Shown here one piece after another: positions 26,781-39,595 of a stretch of 64,000 bases of DNA (the stretch's first letter is position 1; each line of letters opens with the position of its first letter). A program made the translations under genes and the position numbers. A model generated the notes under the pieces. It was not told the origin of the DNA. It did no database searches and saw nothing but the letters and a program-made list of their open reading frames with translations. Origin of the DNA: Leptogorgia sarmentosa. Lineage: Eukaryota. Where the stretch lies: the NCBI GenBank assembly GCA_964658305.1, contig OZ210885.1, forward strand, positions 7,378,001 through 7,442,000, given 5' to 3'.

Positions 26781-27075
26781 TTAACAATTAGATTACGAGC
26801 TCGAGATTTCTATGAGGTGATAGTTGATGAGGGCGAAGCCCGAATCATCTATCATCTCGTAGAAATCGAGAGCGAGTAATCTAATTGTTTTAGTAGAATC
26901 AGAGATCAAACATGAAAATATTGCAAAAAATAATTTAAAACCGCGTCTCAGAAGACATTTTCTTGAACGAAAATTCACATATTTTGCTACTCGCTATCTA
27001 TCGAGGAATAGATAGCGAGTAGAGTAGCCAATCAAATTGCAGCATTTGCAATAGTATACGAGTATGATTCTACTA
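26781..27075. repeat. Related hairpin-ended repeat
   Basis: AACAATTAGATTAC...GTAATCTAATTGTT palindrome (26783-26890) and a TAGCCAATCA..GCATTTG motif like that in the neighbouring family. Confidence 0.6.
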
Positions 27076-27574
27076 ATATCCATTATAGTTATACAACTAC
27101 ACATGCTATACGAAAAATAAACTTCAGTGGCACTTCGTGCTCGTGTTCCCACTGAATTTCTCGTTTCTCCCAAACTAGCTTCCACGCTGTTTCTATAACT
27201 CTAAGATATATGGAAAAATTGCTTACTATTCCCTTTTTTAAATACACTTTTGAAAATAACAAAAACAGTGTTGCGTTGTAGGGAAGGCATTTATATATTA
27301 ATAGAGCTTTATTAACGACTTTTTAAACCACGATCAAACCACGAATTATATCTACAAGTTTTGCACTTTGGACACATCGACTAAATAGAACATGTACAGC
27401 ATACGTTTCCTTTCATTCGATAAAATTCTTTACAGAAGCTCATATAACTAGTAAAGGATACCCTCATGCACCAAATATTTTTGTCAAGTCTTTTCTTGTA
27501 CTTGTATGCAGCGAAGTCTAAGGTACGTCTATATTGTACGAATGTTCATTATGTGTGATGTACTCAGGTTCAGA

Positions 27575-27690
27575 ATGTTATTGCGATATGTTACCATGAG
27601 TATATATCCACACCGGACAGGCTGAAAAATTGGCCTGGCCTCGGTGGGAATCGAACCCGCGACCTTTGTTTTGCTAGTCCATGCTATATA
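27575..27690 (-). mobile_element. tRNA-derived SINE fragment
   Basis: Minus-strand GGTCGCGGGTTCGATTCCCACCGAGG (Pol III B box at 27647-27657); the A-box half is degraded. Confidence 0.6.
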
Positions 27691-29529
27691 ACGAATGAAT
27701 TCAGCCGCACCGATATAAAGACACATGGAACTTACATTAGCTTTCTTTGTATTCGCATACATAAAATATTTAAATGCGTTAGGTAGTTCAAACTGAAACG
27801 TTTTTACTCTTATTTTTCTCATTTCATGTAAAAAATTGTTTAACAATTAAAAACTTAGAAATTTATCCCACCTCGATGGTTTCGTTAACAAGATTGAGTA
27901 TTCCTCTTTAAAATAAAACCGTACGTGTGTTCCTGCAATATTTTTTCTGTCCGGACTCAACTATTATGAACGCAGATGTATTCTCTGTTTCAATAGGGAG
28001 ATTTATAATCGACAACTTTTGTTATAAATTAAACTACATAACTGTTTTGACATGACAATTAAAGTGTCAAAAACCAAATTTATTAATTCCACACACACAC
28101 ACACATAAGCACGTACGGAATTTTGTTTTGCGAAATTCAAGAAATAGTAGCTAATAGCCTAATATAAAACTGCTAATGAACAGATAGCCTTTTTAAAATG
28201 TTCCCCTTCAAAACCCCGAGTAATTTTAGTAAATTACGAAATAATAAACAATGTTAAAAAATAACACCTACCAATGTTCGATCGTATTGTTCTTTATTTA
28301 TACATGAACAGTCTTTGCATGCTTTTAATCATACATATAATTTCGAATGCCGCGCGCTCCGCTAGTTAGTGTAGAATTAATTTGGTAAAAGATATATAGC
28401 ACGGGCAGAATATAATTTTAAAATTTTAATTAATGCTCAATATTAGTATTAGCAGAAATATGAAATGAAAAACATTTGCCTTGGGGACTGTTTTCATAGT
28501 AAAAAAGCCTGTAATAGTAAAAAAAATGGAAGCGCACAAAAGCAGTTGCGTGCCATTATTGAGGCAAATATTGAATGTGTAAATATAAACAAAGGCAAGT
28601 AATATGCAGAAATTAACATACGCTCACAATATTTCAATAAAGAAACATCTATCTGGTGTAATAATTTTCTTTCCCCGAACATATAGGCAAAATACGTACT
28701 GGGGCCGATGCTGCATATTTTGGCTTCAAATTTCCAGTTGTGAGTATACCCTTCCAGTTTTGTCTCACTTTGGGATCACTTCGCGGCTTGGTTACCAAGC
28801 ACTGATCCAATTCTGACTCTAAACAGAAAATATTGTCTTTTTTTTTTCTTTCTGTTTTTCTAATCCAGGCCCAATCAGTAATTCTGACCCTAACAGCAAA
28901 ATGCTGAGAAAAAAAATCTTGAAAAAAAAACAAACAAAATGAGAAATAAACAAAATGACAAAAAGCCAAAAAGCCAACACGCGATAATCGGACCTCCGTC
29001 GTCCGGGCGTAAGTCAGGGGCGAGGCCGGGTAAACGGCAATTTACTCCCGAGCAAAGGACAAAACAAACTGTGGACAAGAAAGAGGGAACAGAATGATTT
29101 TTCAACGAGCAAATCAATTTTATCAATAATATATCATCATATATTTCTTAAAATACAATTTTTGTTCTTTCAGTTTACAATTTTTCGCAGAGGTTCACAA
29201 CGCCCCGCTGCGAAAGCCGCATTATCCAATCGGATTGCTTCATTTTTACGAATAAAAATGATCATTATCAGACACATCGCAACTTGTTTCAATTTGTTCA
29301 AACTGAACGGTTGTTAATAACGTCCGTAGGGACATGACGTTGATATGATAGTTAAGTTCAGACTGTTATATTAAAGATTCAACTACGATATATTGGAGCA
29401 TTCCATGCAGCTAAAAATTTACTGTATGGAGAGACATACCAAAAATTTGAAAACAAATATATATATATATATATACTCTACTAAGGGCGCTTTCCATTAC
29501 AGTCGCTTTGCCATCTCGTAAAAGTAAGT

Positions 29530-30745
29530 TGTACTACTTCAGAAACTCTCTGCTGTCGGAGCCTCGCCTGCCGTGGTCCAGTGGTTCCGGAGTTACCTAT
29601 CCGATCGGACACAGTTGGTACGCATTGACTCGGTGCTGTCAGATCCATTACCAATCACACACGGAGTCCCACAGGGAGCGATTCTTTCGCCGCTCCTTTT
29701 TTGTATTTACATAAACGACCTACCTGGCGCTCCCCAATTCAGTCAGCTCGAGTCATATGTTGACGACTCCAAAGTTCTACTATCGTTTCCTGTAAATGAC
29801 GTCAATAACGCCAAGACCAAGCTTGAAAAAGATCTACGAAATGTAGCCTTCTGGTGCTGTAAAAACGACTTGTTGATAAACCCCGACAAAACGAAGTTCA
29901 TGCTGATTGGGACCAGGCAAATGATGAGTAAACATTCAGTTGATTTTACTGTTTCTTTCATGGGAAAGTCTCTCACTACTGTCGAATCGGCAAAAGACCC
30001 GGGAGTCTATATTGATGCGCATTTGACTTATGACACCCATATCTCTCATCTGGTCTCCTCCTGTCTGTCAAAACTAGTGCAGATCAATCGTACCAAACAT
30101 AGTTTTGATAGAGAGACCTTACTATTAATTATTACATCTCTGGTATTCAGCAAATTGCTTTATTGTTCAACAGTTTGGGCAAACACATACTAAAAACCTT
30201 CAAAAGCTTCAACTCATCCAAAACTTTGCCTGTAAAATCATCACAGGTGGCCGCAAATATGACCATGTGACGCCCTTACTCAAAGAACTAAACTGGCTCC
30301 CAGTCAGTGAGACACTTAAGTTTAGAGATGCGATTATGGCCTACAAATGTTTTAATAACTTAGCACCTGATTATCTATGCTTTAAGTTAAAAAAAACGAT
30401 CTTGTATTCACAATCGTAAAACTCGCAATAATGATAACTTGCAAATTCCTCTGTTTAAATAAGCAAGTGGCCAGAGAACCTTCTCTTATAGAGCGGTCTC
30501 TCTGTGGAACAGGCTCGATGTAGATTTAAAAAACTCTGCATCCGTGAAAGCTTTTAAAAAGCTTTACTTGCAAAGACTCTTACAAGAATGAATGACTGTA
30601 GTATACTTGCATATGTTTTAGTAAATGGTTTATTGATAGAATTTAGAAACCTTATTTTATTTATATTCATATATTAGTTTGTAATTTTGTAAATAGTTAC
30701 TGAAAAGCCTTTATACGAGTAATTATTAAAGTATTACTTACTTAT
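29530..30745 (+). mobile_element. 5'-truncated CR1/L2-clade LINE (RT C-terminal part plus 3' UTR), decayed
   Basis: WFRSYLSDRTQ, GVPQGAILSPLLF.IYINDLP, YVDD, LLINPDKTK, YCSTVW, HVTPLLKELNWLP; stop at 30191-30193; short (TACT)n tail. Confidence 0.9.
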
Positions 30746-30937
30746 TAATGTTGTACAGCGCGCACGCCAAGAAAGTTGAATAAAGCTCACTACAGCTTGT
30801 AAGCGTGTCCCCGCGGGCAAAATCAGACAAGGAATGCTAATATTCAACACCCTTAACGAAAAGTAAAACATGTTCGCTAAGCTCGCGCGGGCAAAGCGAC
30901 ATGAAGACATGAGACTGACCGGAAAGGTCATAGATTG

Positions 30938-33676
30938 TCAGGGAACTATCACGTATTCAAGTTCTTCACTACTTCCAGTTCCATTGCTAGTCATGTTTGG
31001 CGTAGAATGCTGTTGAAAATCTTTGTCTGGTTGTGCATGATGTTTCTCAACAGTCAAACTTTGATCATTTGCAGCAATAGGAACTCTCTTTGATTTGTCA
31101 GGTTGTGCGTACGGCGATGGTTCTTCGTATCCACTTTGGGAATCTGGTATTTGCAGTAGATCTATACGTGGTGATAAGACGTCGTCATAACCAGTATTTT
31201 CATTATTCTCAATATTTCTCTGGTTTGTTCCGACTGTTTTTCTTTTGAAGAGGATACACACTGTGGAAATAACTACTGCCACTACAACCACAGCCGCGAC
31301 TACGATTCCAATGATGATGCCGATGTTGATCGATGAACTTGGTTTAACTGTATATGAAATATATTGAATTATTCTCTGGATCAAGTAGCTACTCTTGTTT
31401 CTCAGCTAACATCGCTTGATTTTGCATATTATAAAAATAGGGGCCTGTTGAGTGTTTCTGTTGCCGATTTAGAGGAACTTTATTGAAAGTGATGGAACAC
31501 GTGTAACATTCAATTGAAGCGATTAAAATTGGCAATTACAGAAAGAACGGTTAAGCTGCAGCCACTGTTGAATATCGTTAATTGGAATCGATTGTTTTTA
31601 TGATCTGTGAACACTGGAATTGCAATCTAAAACTGTGTTTCGTAACTTGTGTTCTATAACGGCGAAAAGAATGTCAATTGAAAAACAGAACTATAAAGTG
31701 TGTTTTTGTGTATTCCGTAACATGGTATGCATTTCGTGTTAAATGATCCACTTTCCGACATGCGAGATTCTACCTATCATTAGTTCAAGAATTATACAGG
31801 GTGTATGAAAATATCCCCTAAACTAACGAACGCACGAAATTTGTAAAAACGTTCAGGTAACCTTAGCACTCTCTGGTTCATCTATCACTGAGTTATTTGA
31901 AAATCTACCTTTTTTAGAGTAGGAAATTTGATGGTGGAATTGGAAAGCTCTTTAAAAATGACTTGCGCACAAATTACTGAGTATTTCTTAGCAGTGTCGC
32001 ATAATTGGCGTTCTCTGTGGTCGTTGGAGCATTCTGGCCCGGGGACTCTTTCATCATGTCTCTACCATTGTGTGACACCCGTTAAACAAAGACCTCAACA
32101 GGTAGTACCCGATATTTCTCAATTGAGAACATGGGTAATGCCCACGCTGGACTATCGTCTAAGTAGCCTGGCCTGGTAAATTATGAACAGTGATTGCCCG
32201 GGTCTATAATCATATGCATTTAGTCAGGCCAGAGTGGTGAGCAGCGAGCTCGATTTAGCTCAAGTGGTAAAGCACGCGGTGCGTGCGTTGCAGTTCTATA
32301 GTTCAAGCCCCAGTTCGACACATTTTTTCAGCGTTAGTGATGAAAACTTTTTTTTCCTCAATATTTTTCTGACCGTAATGGTCAGAGTTAGGATTCTAGG
32401 GTTTTGGTTTTGGATTAGTATATAGAAAAATGGTTTATATCTAACACTACTATAACTATATCAAGAGTAATACTGAAACGCCGACCAGCAATCTCAGGCG
32501 ATAGTCTAGCGTGGGCATTACCCGTGTTCTCAATTGAGAAATATTGGGTACTACCCGTGAGGTCTTTGTTCAACGGCTGTGTATGACGTCCCCGTATTGA
32601 ATCGTCAAAAACGCTTGGTATCTTCAAGGTTGTATCGACGCATCCGGACATGCAGGAGGCCATCATATTTACATTGGCATCATACTACATGCAATCACAT
32701 TGTATTTCCAGATTTTTTTTAAACAAAACTTACCAACACAGGAGCCTTTACCATCTCCAAATAATCCTGGATTGCACGTGCACGTATATGATCCAATGTT
32801 GTTATCGCAAGTGGCATTCTGGTGACAAATAGATGTATTTTCACATTCGTCGATATCTAAACAAACATCGCTAACGCAATGTTAACGCCAACTAAAATAC
32901 AGTAGTCTGGGATATCGGGCTACAAGGCCATGTTCTGCGAGGTTCTGGACCACAAAGTCAAACTCGTACTGAACTCATGGCAAGAACTTAAAATTTTGCT
33001 ACATACTGCAGCATCAACGAGAGAATTTGAGATTTCAATACGACATCATTCAATGCGACTGTTTGGTTACTTTTAGAAAACGTCTGAGATGCTTGGGACC
33101 CAAAAAGAAAGAGCAATGCTTACAGCGAAGATCACATACGAGCTCTACTGAAGAAATCTAATGTCCAGGACTATCTACCTACAGGGGTATTTGACATGCT
33201 TTGCGTCTACGACATGGAATGCATGTCAGACATCATTGTTTTGTTCAGTTGATCAGTGAAAGTAATTGCGATGGCGTTCAGTTCAGAAAAACTAGACGTC
33301 TGCATAGAAGGCCGTATTGAAGTAAGGGAGCTAATGTGTGCTGGCACTTATATGGTAGGATTATGTTGCTAATTTTCCCGAATAATATAACAATTTGTAG
33401 TTGTACTTAATGTACGTTTCCACTATATTTTAGTCATCACAGAATAGATTATTTACCCAGATCATTAAAGTACTCGGTGATTCCGCCATTGTCTGTATAT
33501 TGCCTTGACATTTACAGCGATTTTTGTGAGCAGTATTTTGAAACAAAACTTACCAACACACGAATCTTTACCATCCCCAGATAAGCCCTGATTGCACGTG
33601 CATGTATATGATCCAAAGTTGTTATCACAAGTGGCATTCTGGTGACAGATAGATGTATTTTGACATTCGTCGATAT
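30938..33676 (-). CDS. 3' part of a single-pass receptor: two EGF-Ca exons plus a TM/cytoplasmic exon
   Basis: Phase 1-1 123-nt exons 33676-33554 and 32856-32734 (DIDEC..TSICHQNATCDNN.GSYTCTCN.G..GDGK..C); terminal exon 31347-30938 with TM IGIIIGIVVAAVVVVAVVISTVCILF-KRK and Tyr motifs. Confidence 0.85.
32073..32585. mobile_element. Inverted-repeat element with an internal tRNA-like sequence
   Basis: ~90-bp inverted repeats (32075-32165 / 32492-32580); internal A box TAGCTCAAGTGGT (32256) and B box GTTCAAGCCC (32301) followed by a T run. Confidence 0.6.
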
Positions 33677-35245
33677 CTAAACAAAGTTTTATAATTTGGA
33701 AATGACAACGCCCACTAAGTATTTGTCCGCATGCTAAATATATACGACTATAGCGTATTTTCTTAAACATACACTTCGACTTTTGGCTTTTCCCGCAAAA
33801 TCCATCACCATATCTCGAAAGTGCATTTTAGAATTAGTAAAAAGTGCATTGTTTCATTGCGAAATGTTGTTAAAATTAATGCGCAAAATATATTGTGCAT
33901 GACAACAGGGGAATTTTTTCCATACATTTCCAATAATATAGGGGGAATTTTTTTACCACCTTTGAGCTGAAAATGGTGCAGATTTCCTCACATAATATCA
34001 TTGTTGTCAATTTCCTGGACGGTGATTGGCTAAAAAGCTTCAACAACTGTGCAAATTAAACTTTAATTTGCACAGTGTGCAAATTAAACTTAATTGCACG
34101 GTTTCGAGCCCGCGATACATTATAAAAACAAATATATAAACGCTTAAATCAACTTAAATCAACGCTTAAAGCTTGCATAACCATAAGACAAGGCAAAAGC
34201 ACAGACAAGGTCTACTCATATTTATTGAAATATGCAATACGAGACATGACTCAGAATGATTTGGAAGTATTTGCAAAAATATTGTAGGTTTTAAAACTGA
34301 AAAGGTTAACCTAACATAATTTTTACATATCGCTCCTATGTAATGCACTGATATAATGACTGATTATTAGTGTGAAATTTCATAATATGCGCTGAAATAT
34401 TCTCACTGTTATGATGTGAGATATCTGCTGATTCACCTACAAGTATCAGTTGCCTTTGTTCGTGTAAATCCGGCACCGCAAGGTCTTGATCCTGATTCAT
34501 AGATTCATAGATTTACTATACAAAGAGTTATAGTAAATGTACATACAGATAATGTTTCTGCCAGACCAGGTCACTGAACTTGAGCAGCATACTATATTTT
34601 TACTATTTCGAAGTTACCATCTCAAGAAGGAACGAAGTGGGCTGTGTGCTAAGACACCCGCGAGAGTATTTAATGTGGAAATTGTAAGTTGGTTCGAATG
34701 ATGAATTGGAATCACTGAGAAATGACTTTAAATTTGATAAATTTATATAATATGCACAACGCAGACGTAAATCAGGGTTTAATCAGCTGCGATACAAAAA
34801 TGCGGAACTTTATGGACTTATGAACCTCGAGGTAGGCTAAGTCGGACTAGAAGATTTAGCAGTTCCACTTATAAATGAATAACGTGATTGATAGAGACGA
34901 CATTGAATGAGTGGTTATTTTCCATCCCTAAGTGCAGCTATTGGAGTGAGCATTCATGTTGCCTTAAAGACGTTTTATGCGCTTCATGCAATGCAAAACA
35001 TTTCGGTTGCTAGTTCGTTGTGTCAGTCTAGCACATTATAAACACAATTCGTATCAAATATCATTATTTCATGTCATATGTGTCGCGGCTTCAAAGAAAT
35101 GTTCCCAATGCGAATGTTCCATAACACCTACGGCCTCATTCTTTTGGACACCACTACATTTATTACAATCACCAAATCATTTATTACATCGTTTTTCTGT
35201 TTTGCTTTATCTCACATCACTGAAAAGATCGTAGCTACAATAATA

Positions 35246-38200
35246 CTAGGTTACCCACAGGGTAGGAAATGCTGCCTTGGCGCAAGCTGTCGTCATCGAA
35301 AGTATTACAACTCAAAAATGATATCAATAAAAACAAATGGAATTATTATGAAAATTTTACAGAATGAGTTAGTTGGTGAAAGTTAAGTGTATATATTTAT
35401 TATTGCAATATTGTAAGATCTAAACGGGAACAGTTGCGATAAAAACCGTATAAATATTACACTGTTCTTGTTTAGGTCTTTTTGCCTAACCGTTTTGTCG
35501 GTCTACTTGTATGAATCGACTTTAATAGGATTGAAATAGCTCTTTATAAACATAAAAATAGGTACACAAAGTGTACATGTATCGGCGCCTATGTAGCTTG
35601 GTTACCAACGGTGATCAAATCTTATTTGTTTTCGGCTTTTCGATGCACGCACCTTATCTGTCCCTAATACGCGATCTTGCATGTATAAAATGGTTTACTG
35701 CTGGCGAATAGCGCAAATACTAATTCCTTTTAAGACGTGAGGTTGTGGTGGTTAAAACGTGAGACGTATTCAATACTTGATATAAGCTTTCATGACTATC
35801 TCGCATTCCGGAATTCGCGCGATCATCTCAAATTGCGAAATTGACGACATGTGATATCGCATTTCATGTTATTGCGTCTATTAAAATAGAGACAGCGCTT
35901 TGCGATAATGCGATTGTTTGTGAAAAATGTGGCTTTCTAAAAACCAAATTATCCTTTTCAAAACCATATAATAATGATATATTTATATACAGTATATTCT
36001 GTCCATTCATGCAGCATTTGCCTAGTCGCTATGCGCGTAGGTTCAGAACAGAATACTTGAAACTATATATGATTTCGTTTGTTTTGTCTCGCGCTTAATA
36101 AACGCACAAACCCGTTTTATTACAAGCTACAGAATTTATTTTCCTGGGATTGAATGCTTCAACCATTCTCTATGACGAAGCGTCAAAATATAGTAGATAT
36201 TCCGTGATCACGATGACACCGCGGGCAGTCCAAACATGCATGTACAGAGTGTCAGTGCCAACACGCTAAAGTATCGTAGGGAAAATATACGCGCAATTGT
36301 GTGTTGTGTCAAGACATAAACCTTTTTCATAACCTTAAATATTCGCTGAGTTCAAGGTAATACAATGCATAATTTGCGCGTCATGATATTTTTGCTTCGA
36401 TGATTTAAATTCCATAGCAAACCTCTTTGATATCTTCAAAAGCAATCAGCAATGCGGTGCCAATGTATAATTTGCGTCATGATTTTTTTGCGTATAAATT
36501 TCCCTAGTAAATAGTGTTGTAAAAACGTAAATGCTTAAAAATTAACACTTGCTGCGGCCATTATATTTTCTTCTTATCTGGTTATTCATGCGAAATAAAA
36601 TTCACGATCAAAGTGATCAAACGCATCACCACTCTTTAGCATTAGACATGTCACATCTTCATTTTGTAATATTTAGCCCGCAAGAACTTGTTTTGCCCTA
36701 GTGTTTTCCAGACACGCACAAACACACACACAACACGATAGCAATAATATCGACGAACTGTCATCGGTAACTTTGTGTTAAAACATGTGATCAGATTGGA
36801 ATGGATTATAAAAAATATCCATGCGGCCGTGCCGGCCATTCGTATACTGTAGTCACTGTACGAAACGGGACTGAAGAATTTACAGTTGAGCGAAGTCCTG
36901 CAAATGCGGGTCGAACACCCTAAATTTACTGGTACCGTCATGCAATGCGCCAATAGAAAATTTTGATTTTGATCCACATGATAAAACTAGGTTACCCACA
37001 GGGTAGGAAATGCTGCCTTAGCGCAAGCTGTAGTCATCGAAAGTATTAGAACTGAAAAATGTTATCAATAAAAACAAATGGAATTATTATGAAAATTTTA
37101 CAGAATGAGTTAGTTGGTGAAAGTTAAGTGTAATGTATATATTTATTATTGCAATATTGTAAGATCTATAACGGGAACAGTTGCGATAAAAACCGTATAT
37201 ACATTACACTGTTCCTGTTTTGGACTTTTTGCCTAACCGTTTTGTCGGCTTACTTGTATGAATCGACTTTAATACGATTGAAGTGATATTAAAATCATCT
37301 CTGACAATAGACAATACGTAAATCTTTTGTAATAGCTCTTTATAAACATAAAAATAGGTACACAAAGTGTACATATATCTGCGCTTACCGGCTTGGTTAC
37401 CAGCGGTGATCAAATCTTATTTATTTTCCGCTTTTCGATACACGCATCAAGACGCTAGGTTGTGCGTGGTTAAAACGTGAGACGTATTCAATACTTCATA
37501 TAAGCTTTCATGACTATCTCGCACATCACAAATTGCGTAAGGAATTGAAACTTGACGACATATTGTGATATCGCATTTCATGTTATTGCGTCTTTAAAAT
37601 AGAGACAACGCTTTGCGATATATAATGTGATTGTTTGTAAAAAATGTGGCTATCTAAAAACCAAATTACCCTTTTCAAAACCATATAATAATGATATATT
37701 TATATACAGTATATTCTGTCCATTCATGTAGCATTTGCCTAGACACTATGCGCGTAGGTTCAAAACAGAATACTTGAAACTATATATGATTTCGCTTGTT
37801 TTGTCTCGCGCAGTCGCGCTTAATAAACGCACAAACCCGTTTTATTACAAGCTACAAAATCTATTTTCCTGGGATTAAATGTTTCAACATTCTCTATGAC
37901 GAAGCGTCAAAAAGTAGATATTCCGTGAGCACGATGACACCGCGGGCAGTCCAGTCAGTGCCGACACGCTAAAGTATCGTAGGGAAAATATACACGCAAT
38001 TGTGTCAAGATATAAACCTCTTTCATAACCTTAAATATTCGCTGTGTTCAACGTAAGACAATGCATAATTTGCGTTATGATATTTTTGCTTCGATGATTT
38101 AAATTCCATAGCAAAAGTGTATTAGCCTTGAGCTTGGTTTTCCTGAAGGGAAACGGATACGAGTAAGTTGAAAAGAAAACTTTTATAATTTTAGCAAAAG

Positions 38201-39595
38201 TGAAAATTACAATTAGCATGAATTTTAAGACAGCTATACTACAGATTGACGATAAGATACGGTTATGCTGTTCTAACTAAAATGTATGCCTCTTCTCATA
38301 TTTTATTTGAACAGTGAGTACTACCAGCTTTCGCCCTTATTTAAATTATGAGATGCAGAATTTCGTCGAATTCTTATTCAATGCTTTCTAATTGAGCGAT
38401 TATTCATATAAAACGAACATCAGCGACACTGATTTGAAAATCCCACGTTACTAGTGTACCGCCTGGTGGAACAATTTTACTGTCCTTCAACATCATAAAA
38501 CAGTACTGATGATTTTTAGCAGCATGCAAATTGCGACTTGTAATGGTAGTGCAAGGCACAAAAATAGAAAATACAAATCATTCAGCATTTGAAGTCCAAG
38601 TACTTTAACAGTAATTTGTAATAAGAGGATTAATTTTTATAATCACCAACGGAATTTTCTGTGGAGATAACAACCAGAAATTAAACACATGCATGACATG
38701 AAATCCATGCTCGACCGAGAAATACAAAATTTCAAACCTGTCCATCGAGAAATACAAATTTCAAACCTGTCCACCGAGAAATACAAATTTAAAACCTGTC
38801 GACCGAGAAATACAAATTTAAAACCTGTCGACTTGTATTTGAAACCTGTCGACCGAGAAATACAAATGTAAAACCTGTCGACTAATCATTAAAGGTCAAC
38901 TGCATGTCGAACGTCGAAGGAAAAGAAATGATAGCGAGACCGCGTTGCACCACGACCGAGAAATACAAAATTTAAAACCTGTCGACCAAGAAATACATAT
39001 TGTTGCTGGGTATTAAATTGTTGCTGGGTATTAAATTGAATTGAAGAGAGTTGTTGCAGGTACCAAAATACAACTTGAGTCGGCAACCGGGGACTGACAA
39101 ATCTCACCTTAGAACTGTTACAAAAATCAACCTAAAAATAAGAAAATAGTTAAATAGAACAGTGGTATGTAAACTGTAATATTGTTAACAGTATTGGTGC
39201 CAGGACCTGTCGACCGAGAAATACAAATTTTAAAACCTGTCGACCGAGAAATACAAATTTGAAACCTGTGGACCGATTCTTCAACTGCATGTCGAACGTC
39301 GACGGAAAAGAAATGATAGCGAGACCGCGTTGCACGAAGGAAAAGAAATCATAGCGAGACCGCGTTGCACCACGGTTAGAATTTACAGTTGGGAAAAGTC
39401 CTGAAAATGCGGGTCGAACACCCTAAATTTACTGGTACCGTCATGCAATGCGCCAATAGAAAATTTTGATTTTGATCCACAAGACAAAATTAGGATCAGC
39501 TGCCTTGCTCGCTCGCTTCAGGCTCGCTCGCTGCGGCAGCAATTAGGATCTGCTGCCTTGCTCGCTCGCTTCAGGCTCGCTCGCTGCGGCAGCAA
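35246..39595 (-). mobile_element. Composite non-autonomous Helitron-type insertion (4.35 kb)
   Basis: Absent from arm A, where the site reads GCTTGA|TATTATT; inserted between A and T without TSD; minus-strand end TACCCTGTGGGTAAC-CTAG; internal tandem units 35246-36986 and 36987-39489 and two 53-bp units. Confidence 0.72.
38712..39275. repeat. ~29-bp minisatellite AAACCTGTCGACCGAGAAATACAAATTT in interrupted arrays
   Basis: About 6 copies at 38712-38882 and further copies near 38955 and 39205-39275. Confidence 0.85.

Noticed and set aside
32248..32328. Possible functional tRNA gene (also 27575-27690)
   Set aside because: Anticodon and acceptor stems do not pair properly; treated as tRNA-derived repeat sequence
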